In this document: positions 6,804 to 13,015 of the stretch, one piece after another | Layout: every line of letters begins with the position of its first letter | Numbering within the stretch: position 1 is the first letter of the stretch | Assembly (NCBI GenBank): GCA_045046875.1 | Contig: JASFYY010000148.1 | Location: forward strand, 1 to 15,315 | Source of the DNA: Verrucomicrobiota bacterium | GTDB taxonomy: Bacteria > Verrucomicrobiota > Verrucomicrobiia > Verrucomicrobiales > DEV007 | Length of the DNA: 15,315 nucleotides | Reading direction: 5' to 3' | Made by a program: the position numbers and the translations under genes | Notes under the pieces: generated by a model | The model's input: the letters and a program-made list of their open reading frames with translations, nothing else | Database searches by the model: none | What the model was told of the DNA's origin: nothing

Positions 6804-7721
6804 ATGCGGCGCAGTCTAACCTCTCTTCTCACAGCCCTGACATTTTTTGTTATGGGAACCACGGGCGTGCTAGCGTTTGTTCGACCGTTTTCCAGTAAAG
6901 TAACTGGGTTGCATACCCTGATGGGATTTGTATTCATCGCTTTGATTATTTCTCATGTAGTAAACAATCTAACGCCACTGAAGAACTACTTTCGGGAAAA
7001 AGTCCTTTGGCTAGCCCTCTCCCTTATCGCTGGATTGATCGCCATTTTTATTTTCAAACCAACTCCGATCGCCGCTCTTTTAAGGTTAAGTCCCAACATC
7101 GGACCGCCTCAAGATCGGTTTGAGATGAATGCAAGCGAAATGGTTTATCAATACAGTCCGGCAGATCACTACAAGATGGCACTCACCATCAAAACAGGGG
7201 AATCCTTTGATCTTGAGAATCCTCCGCATATTGCCATCTGGCTGGAAAATCAATCTTCCTATCATATCAAGACACTACTGGTTTCCGACAAAAAAGATCG
7301 AGATGGAATGTTGCCCTATTGGTCCTACAAGGTGAGCGCTTACGAAAAAGCCAAAAAAGATGCAGAAACAGAAGTTTACGCTGTTTCCGCACCCACCCTA
7401 AACAGCTCTTTTGATCCAGCTGATTACATACTCCCTGTTGACAGCAAAAAACCCATGCCATACCAGCTTTTAGTCGAAATAAATCAACCCGGAGATGCTT
7501 TCGGAACATCTGATGATCAAGCATCCTTAGTCTATTCGGTCGAAATTGACAACCTTCGCCCCAAGTCATTTCAATTACTGAGGATAGTAGGATCGCCCAA
7601 ACTTGTTGAGCGCGATGGAAAGGAAATCTGGACAGTTTATTATGCGGACGATGGTTTCGGCTCTGCACTGCATTTGATCAATAGTGCACTTCTCACTATT
7701 GAACGAAGCGCCCTAGATTAG
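6804..7721 (+). CDS. Membrane protein: N-terminal DUF4405-like three-TM His-containing domain fused to a DUF2271-like soluble domain
   Basis: ATG 6804 lies 4 bp after the upstream stop. Three hydrophobic segments, including TTGVLAF...GLHTLMGFVFIALIISHVVNN (His at 6912 and 6954). The later PPHIAIWLEN..HIKTLLV..LPYW..AVSAPT..YQLLVEIN resembles DUF2271. The CDS is well supported; the domain names are less certain. Confidence 0.75.
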   Translation: MRRSLTSLLTALTFFVMGTTGVLAFVRPFSSKVTGLHTLMGFVFIALIISHVVNNLTPLKNYFREKVLWLALSLIAGLIAIFIFKPTPIAALLRLSPNIGPPQDRFEMNASEMVYQYSPADHYKMALTIKTGESFDLENPPHIAIWLENQSSYHIKTLLVSDKKDRDGMLPYWSYKVSAYEKAKKDAETEVYAVSAPTLNSSFDPADYILPVDSKKPMPYQLLVEINQPGDAFGTSDDQASLVYSVEIDNLRPKSFQLLRIVGSPKLVERDGKEIWTVYYADDGFGSALHLINSALLTIERSALD

Positions 7722-7737
7722 ACTATTTGAGATATCT

Positions 7738-8643
7738 TCAATCCTCCCCAATGACGGAATTGGGTGCTGATTTTATTTCGAGGTCGTCGTAGTGAATGCC
7801 GCTGTCGTAAGTCAGCAGGCTCACGGTGGATTTGGTTTCGTGAGCTAAGCCTTCTGATTGGAAAGAGCCTACTTCTTTGCCGTCGATGATGACCGTTACT
7901 AGATCGTTTTTGCTGCGCACCACGAGATCGTGCCATTGATCCTTGCTGCCTTCGAAATCCAGGTCAAAGGTTTTTTTCTTGGTCTTCAGCATCTCTAGGG
8001 TGGTTTCGTCCAATGTTTCGCCTGATTTCTTTTTATCAAAAATTTCTTTTTTGAAAGTTCCTGTTTTGCCATCCAGTATCGATCCTTTTTTGGGTCCGAT
8101 GCTGGTAAAAACAATGTGTCCAGCGTGCACTTCTTTGCAGTCGGTGTCGGCAAATCTGACAATAAAGCTCTTGGCGTCAGGTCCGATAAATTTGAACTTC
8201 AGCGAAACTTGCAGATCTCTTCTGCCTTCGAACTTGACGGAATCCAGAGCTACATGGTCTTTGATGTCTATCGTTTTGCCTATCAATACTCCGTCTTGAA
8301 TCACACTTTCGCTTTTGAAGTGTTTCCAGCGTTCGCCAAAGTCATCTCCAGAAAAGTCGTCAGCAAACATCTGTTCGGAATAATAAAGGTCTTCTTCAGA
8401 TCCTTTTCGTTTGGCATCCCATTCGGTTAAGAAAGTTTGATCCTCTTTGGATAGTTTGTCTGCGGGTATTTCGAATACCTTGCCCTTAGCCCGAATCTTG
8501 ATTTTGCCATCGTTCAGGTCAAGCAGTTCGGCTTTGATTTTTTTTCCTTCGAGATTGGTTAGCTCGCGAAAGTCCCGTGCTGCTGTCACTTGCAGAGTTG
8601 CTGTTAGCAATAATATAGCTAAGACATTTGACTTCATTTTCAT
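7738..8643 (-). CDS. Secreted protein with N-terminal SHD1 (SLA1 homology 1)-like domain and C-terminal ConA/DUF1080-like beta-sandwich domain
   Basis: Signal peptide MKMKSNVLAILLLTATLQVTA (alternative start 8637). SHD1-like RELTNLEGKKIKAELL...GKVFEIPADKLSKEDQTFL. Then FADDFS..W, HAGH, QWHDLVV..KNDLVTVIIDGKEVG...GLAHETK...YDDLEI, typical of lectin-fold domains. Confidence 0.82.
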   Translation of the reverse strand: MKMKSNVLAILLLTATLQVTAARDFRELTNLEGKKIKAELLDLNDGKIKIRAKGKVFEIPADKLSKEDQTFLTEWDAKRKGSEEDLYYSEQMFADDFSGDDFGERWKHFKSESVIQDGVLIGKTIDIKDHVALDSVKFEGRRDLQVSLKFKFIGPDAKSFIVRFADTDCKEVHAGHIVFTSIGPKKGSILDGKTGTFKKEIFDKKKSGETLDETTLEMLKTKKKTFDLDFEGSKDQWHDLVVRSKNDLVTVIIDGKEVGSFQSEGLAHETKSTVSLLTYDSGIHYDDLEIKSAPNSVIGED

Positions 8644-9087
8644 CGTGTGGATAAGAGACTCCGCATGGAATAGGGTTGCAAGTTTTAAGAAGTGCAGAAA
8701 TATGAAAAGTTCATGAACTGGGCACGGATGATCGCTCGATTTGAAGTGTTAAAGTTTCGTCGCAGCATGGCGCGTGATCGTCATGTGTTTCGCGAAGATT
8801 TGATGGATCAGCTGATCTGGGTAACTGGACTAAGCCGCGGGGTGAGCATTCTGCTATAAGAACTTTGAATGGGCGGATTGATGAGTTTGTCATCTGCTCT
8901 GCAGTGTTGTCGAGTGAGGAAATTGCTGGAATATATGAAGTCGGACGTCCTTAACTCGGTGGATCACTTGGTGAAAAATTAAGCCAGTGTAACGAGTGAT
9001 GGAAAGGTGGATAACAAAGCATTATATACGGGTTGAACGGTGCGGAGATGGATGTAGTTTGCAGCACATTTTATCCCCTCGACTTTT

Positions 9088-12000
9088 ATGAAGCTTCCCT
9101 TGTCCACTAAATTGTTTTGTTATCAAATATTGCTGTTGGCTCTTTTTTTGTCTTTTTCCCCGAGTTTAATAGCGCAAAAAAAAGGTCAGTGGTTGGAGCA
9201 GGGCAAACCGACCTGGGTGTGGACACAAAGAAGCACGGATGGGCAGAAGTTGTTTTTGCGCAAGAGTTTTGAGATACCTGCGAAGGTCAAGAGTGCTAGA
9301 GTTTACGCGACTTGTGACAACAAGTTGAAGTTGTGGGTCAATGGCAAGGAAGTGGGCAGCAGCCCTGATTGGCCTGAGCCGATAGAGAAGGATGTGACGG
9401 GCTTGTTGAAATCTGGAAAAAATGTGATCGCTGCCCAGGCTGAGAATGCGGGAGGAACGGCTGCTTTTGTTTTGAAGCTTGAGGTGGAACTGGCTGATGG
9501 GAAAAAGGTCACTGTCTTGAGCGATGATTCTTGGAAAGCTGCGGACAAAGAGGCATCAGAATGGCGTTTGGAAAAATTTGATGACCATGCCTGGGATTTG
9601 AGACTGGTGACCATGGGCAAATTGGGAGTGGGGCCATGGGGAGTGCCCGGATACAAATCGAGCAAGGGAAACGCCAGTTCCAAAGGGGCTTTGCCGGCGA
9701 AGAGTCTGACCTTGTTGCCCGGCTTTAAAGCAGAGCTGGTTTACACCGTGCCCAAGGAAGAACAAGGGTCATGGGTGGTATTGGCCAAGGATGATAAGGG
9801 GCGTTTTTATGCCAGTGATCAGAAAGACAAGGGGCTGTATCGCATCACGGTGACCCAGAGTGCGGGCGGCAGCAAAGCTACGGTTGAAAAGGTGCCGGTC
9901 GATTTGTCGGGAGCGATGGGATTGAAGTGGGCCTTTGGTGGACTCTATGTTCACGTGAGTGGCAAGGGGCTGTTCAAGTTGACGGATTCAAACGGAGATG
10001 ACCAGCTTGACAAAATTGACCAGCAGCCTGGAGCGCAAGGTGGTGGCGAACATGGTAACCACGCGGTGGAATTGACTGAAGACGGCAAGCAGCTTTACGT
10101 GATTTCGGGCAATCACACCAACTTGATGGAGGATTACACCTCGCGGGTGCAGTCGTGGGATGAGGATTTGTTATTGCCACGTCAGTGGGATGCTCGGGGG
10201 CATGCACGGGGACGCAAAGCACCCGGCGGTTGGGTGACACGTTATGATCCCGAAAAGAGAACTTACGAAGTTTATACGATTGGTTTTCGTAATGAATATG
10301 ACATTGCTCTGAATCGCAACGGAGATCTGTTTACCTACGATGCGGATATGGAGTGGGACATGGGCATGCCTTGGTATCGTCCGACCCGGATTAACCAGGT
10401 GGTCAGTGGTGCGGATTACGGTTGGCGCAGTGGTTCGGGAAAATGGCCAAATTATTATGAAGACAGCTTGCCGCCAGTAGTGGAGATCGGTCCGGGATCG
10501 CCGACAGGTTTGGTCGCGGGAACAGGAGCAAAGTTCCCAGCAAAATATCAAGACGCGATTTTTGGTCTGGACTGGACGTTTGGCACGATCTACGCCATAC
10601 ATCTCAAAGCGGATGGTGCCGGTTATAAAGGAAAGAAGGAAGTGTTTGTCGCCGGGGCACCTTTGCCGGTAACCGATGCGGTGATCGGAGATGACGGTGC
10701 GATGTATTTTACCATTGGTGGGCGCGGGGCGCAGTCGGCTTTGTATCGGGTGACTTACAGCGGAGAAGAATCTACGGCGGCTTCTGGTAGTAAGCCCGAT
10801 GCGCACAGTTCGCTGGCGCAAACCTTGCGTCGCAATCTGGAGGCCTATCATGGGAAAAAGGTGGGTTATGCAGTGGACGAAGCCTGGCCGCATCTAGGCA
10901 GCAAGGATCGTTTCATTCGCAATGCCGCGAGGGTGGCGATTGAATCCCAACCAGTGGGTGAGTGGCGTGGCAAAGTGCTCAGTGAAAAAAATCCGCAGAT
11001 CAAGATCACTGGAGCGGTGGCATTAGCGAGAAGTGGAGAAGCTTCGGATCGAGCGCCGTTGGTAAAAAGCTTGCTTGAATTGGATCCGGCAGGTTTGGAG
11101 AAAGGGCAACTGTTGGGATTGTTGAGAGCTTACGCGCTGACTTTCATTCGTTTGGGCAAACCCGATGAAGCGGAAAGACAGAAATTGATCGCCGAGTTGG
11201 AGCCTTTGTTGCCTGCCAAGGACGGTGACGTGAATACAGAATTGATCCGGGTATTGGTTTATTTGGATGCGCCCACAGTGGCCGCCAAAGCGATGGCTTT
11301 GATCAATCATCCTGGCAAGCCTGAGGTGCCGGAGTGGGGTGACTTGATCAAACGTAATGCTTCCTATGGTGGCACGATCGGAAAGATGCTAGAAAACCCA
11401 ACGCCATTGCGCGAGATGAATTATGCTTTCATGTTGAGAAATCTGCGACACGGTTGGACGATTGAACAGAGAAAGCAGTATTTTACTTTTCTCAATAAGA
11501 TCGCGAAGAATTATCAAGGTGGAGCCAGCTTCCCTGGTTTTCTCGAAAATATTCGTGAAGAAGCTTTGGGCAATTGCAGTGATGTCGAGCGCAAAGCGGT
11601 GGCGGATATCACCGGGGAGAATTTTAATCCGGTGCCGGATTTTGAAATCAAAGCGGCTAAAGGGCCGGGTAAAGTTTGGGATCAAGGCACGGCGGTGGCG
11701 GCGACCCGTGGCGGGCATTTGCGTAAGAGTGATTTTGAAAGCGGGCGTAATTTGTTTCACGCCATCGGCTGTGCGGCATGCCATCGGTTTGATGGCATGG
11801 GCGGGGCGATTGGGCCGGATTTGACCAGTGTGCGTAATAAGTTTGATGTGGCTTACATGGTCGAAGCGATGATTGATCCGAGCAAAGTGATTTCGGATCA
11901 GTATGGATCGAGTGTGGTGACTCTGAAAAATGGCGAGACGCTTGCCGGTTTGGTGGTTGAGGATGGGGATGTTTTAACGGTGTATTCCGCGGATGTGAAA

Positions 12001-12165
12001 GCGGAAGGTAAAAAGGTCAAACGCAGTGAGGTGGTGTCGATCAAGGAGTCTGAAATCTCTCAAATGCCACCGGGTTTGATCAATATGCTGAATCCCAAAG
12101 AGTTGGCTGACTTGATGGCTTATTTGATGAGTGGGGGAGATCGCAAAGCGAAGGTTTATAAATAG
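9088..12165 (+). CDS. PVC-type heme-binding CxxCH protein: signal peptide, galactose-binding-like domain, beta-propeller dehydrogenase-like domain, HEAT-like repeats, C-terminal cytochrome c
   Basis: Signal peptide ending SLIA-Q. FLRKSFEIP..ARVYATCDN..LWVNGKEVG jelly-roll domain. Propeller motifs GEHGNH, GFRNEYD, DADMEWDMGMPWYRPTR, GADYGWR, GPGSPTG. Cytochrome c GRNLF..CAACH (11770-11784)..GAIGPDLT..IDPSKVIS..SQMPPGL. Confidence 0.92.
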   Translation: MKLPLSTKLFCYQILLLALFLSFSPSLIAQKKGQWLEQGKPTWVWTQRSTDGQKLFLRKSFEIPAKVKSARVYATCDNKLKLWVNGKEVGSSPDWPEPIEKDVTGLLKSGKNVIAAQAENAGGTAAFVLKLEVELADGKKVTVLSDDSWKAADKEASEWRLEKFDDHAWDLRLVTMGKLGVGPWGVPGYKSSKGNASSKGALPAKSLTLLPGFKAELVYTVPKEEQGSWVVLAKDDKGRFYASDQKDKGLYRITVTQSAGGSKATVEKVPVDLSGAMGLKWAFGGLYVHVSGKGLFKLTDSNGDDQLDKIDQQPGAQGGGEHGNHAVELTEDGKQLYVISGNHTNLMEDYTSRVQSWDEDLLLPRQWDARGHARGRKAPGGWVTRYDPEKRTYEVYTIGFRNEYDIALNRNGDLFTYDADMEWDMGMPWYRPTRINQVVSGADYGWRSGSGKWPNYYEDSLPPVVEIGPGSPTGLVAGTGAKFPAKYQDAIFGLDWTFGTIYAIHLKADGAGYKGKKEVFVAGAPLPVTDAVIGDDGAMYFTIGGRGAQSALYRVTYSGEESTAASGSKPDAHSSLAQTLRRNLEAYHGKKVGYAVDEAWPHLGSKDRFIRNAARVAIESQPVGEWRGKVLSEKNPQIKITGAVALARSGEASDRAPLVKSLLELDPAGLEKGQLLGLLRAYALTFIRLGKPDEAERQKLIAELEPLLPAKDGDVNTELIRVLVYLDAPTVAAKAMALINHPGKPEVPEWGDLIKRNASYGGTIGKMLENPTPLREMNYAFMLRNLRHGWTIEQRKQYFTFLNKIAKNYQGGASFPGFLENIREEALGNCSDVERKAVADITGENFNPVPDFEIKAAKGPGKVWDQGTAVAATRGGHLRKSDFESGRNLFHAIGCAACHRFDGMGGAIGPDLTSVRNKFDVAYMVEAMIDPSKVISDQYGSSVVTLKNGETLAGLVVEDGDVLTVYSADVKAEGKKVKRSEVVSIKESEISQMPPGLINMLNPKELADLMAYLMSGGDRKAKVYK

Positions 12166-12187
12166 GGGAGAAGGGTTTCTTTTTTGT

Positions 12188-12946
12188 TCAGCGCTCACGG
12201 AAACGCAGGCGATAGGCACGTGGGGTCATGGCGGTGATTTTTTTGAAATGGCGGGTGAAGTGGCTTTGATCGTGGTATCCTACCTCGACTGTTATTTCTC
12301 CGAGACTGAGTTCGCTATGAGTGAGTAATTGGCGTGCGTTTTCTATTCTAAGGCAATGCAAAAACCGGGTGGGGGTCATGGCAAATATCATGGCGAAGCT
12401 GCGATTGAAGTGAGTGGATGACAGACCTGCCAGTGCAGCCATTTGAGTCATTGAAATGGGCTCGTTGTGATGTTTTTCAAAAAAACGAATCACTGGCGAT
12501 AAGGCTTTGAAATTTTTCATTCGATCTTCCGGTGTTTTGATGGCAAAACGCACTGCAGCGATTCCTATCACCTTGCCGTTTAGATCTTTCAGGGGGATTT
12601 TGCTTTGTCTGAACCAACCGGGGCGACCGTGTTGGTCGATGATAAACCAGATGCGGTCATTCAGCGGGAGACCTTGTTCTATCACTTGTCGGTCTTCTGC
12701 GAGATAAGCATCGGCAAGGGCGGCGGGATGGAAATCGGTATCCGTTTGACCTAACAAGTCTTCTGCACGGGAGAGTTTTTTTGCCTCGAGCATGGCTCTA
12801 TTGGCGGCGGTGTAACGGCTATTGAGATCTTTGGCGTAAAAAATAACTCCAGGCAGGCTATCGAATAATTCGATCAAAGAGCAGGCTAGGGGGTTGTCTT
12901 TGAAGTAAGACTGCTGACTGACCATGGGGCGCTTGCTTTGAATCAT
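12188..12946 (-). CDS. AraC-family transcriptional regulator with N-terminal PAS domain
   Basis: PAS: LFDSLPGVIFYAKDLNSRYTAAN...LGQTDTDF..A..YLAEDRQV...KIPL...GKVIGI. AraC HTH: MAALAGLSSTHFNRSF...TPTRFL..LRIENARQLL...GYHDQSHFTRHFKK...TPRAYR. The start is probably ATG 12946 or 12925, because the track start at 13033 overlaps the divergent gene. Confidence 0.92.
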   Translation of the reverse strand: MIQSKRPMVSQQSYFKDNPLACSLIELFDSLPGVIFYAKDLNSRYTAANRAMLEAKKLSRAEDLLGQTDTDFHPAALADAYLAEDRQVIEQGLPLNDRIWFIIDQHGRPGWFRQSKIPLKDLNGKVIGIAAVRFAIKTPEDRMKNFKALSPVIRFFEKHHNEPISMTQMAALAGLSSTHFNRSFAMIFAMTPTRFLHCLRIENARQLLTHSELSLGEITVEVGYHDQSHFTRHFKKITAMTPRAYRLRFRER

Positions 12947-12965
12947 GGTCAAAACATACCAAAAA

Positions 12966-13000
12966 TAGTGCTTAGTGCTACCAGACAATTTTCTGAAAAT
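12966..13000. promoter_or_regulatory. Candidate operator elements in the 69-bp divergent intergenic region
   Basis: Tandem TAGTGCT at 12966-12972 and 12973-12979. Inverted repeat ATTTTC-T-GAAAAT at 12988-13000. Located between the divergent AraC and PSD1 starts. Confidence 0.35.
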
Positions 13001-13015
13001 CCCCGATTGTGCTGG

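Noticed and set aside
8711..8893. 60-aa minus-strand ORF and a 48-aa plus-strand ORF from 8713 (MNWARMIARF...)
   Set aside because: No recognisable motifs; lengths are compatible with chance. They cannot be supported without homology or ribosome profiling.
10171..11824. Overlapping ORFs of 95-240 aa within the cytochrome-dehydrogenase gene
   Set aside because: Antisense or alternative-frame shadows of a well-supported CDS.
12166..12187. Possible terminator between convergent genes (GGGAGAAGGGTTTCTTTTTTGT)
   Set aside because: Only a 4-bp Watson-Crick stem (AGAA/TTCT) plus G-U pairs; too weak to call.
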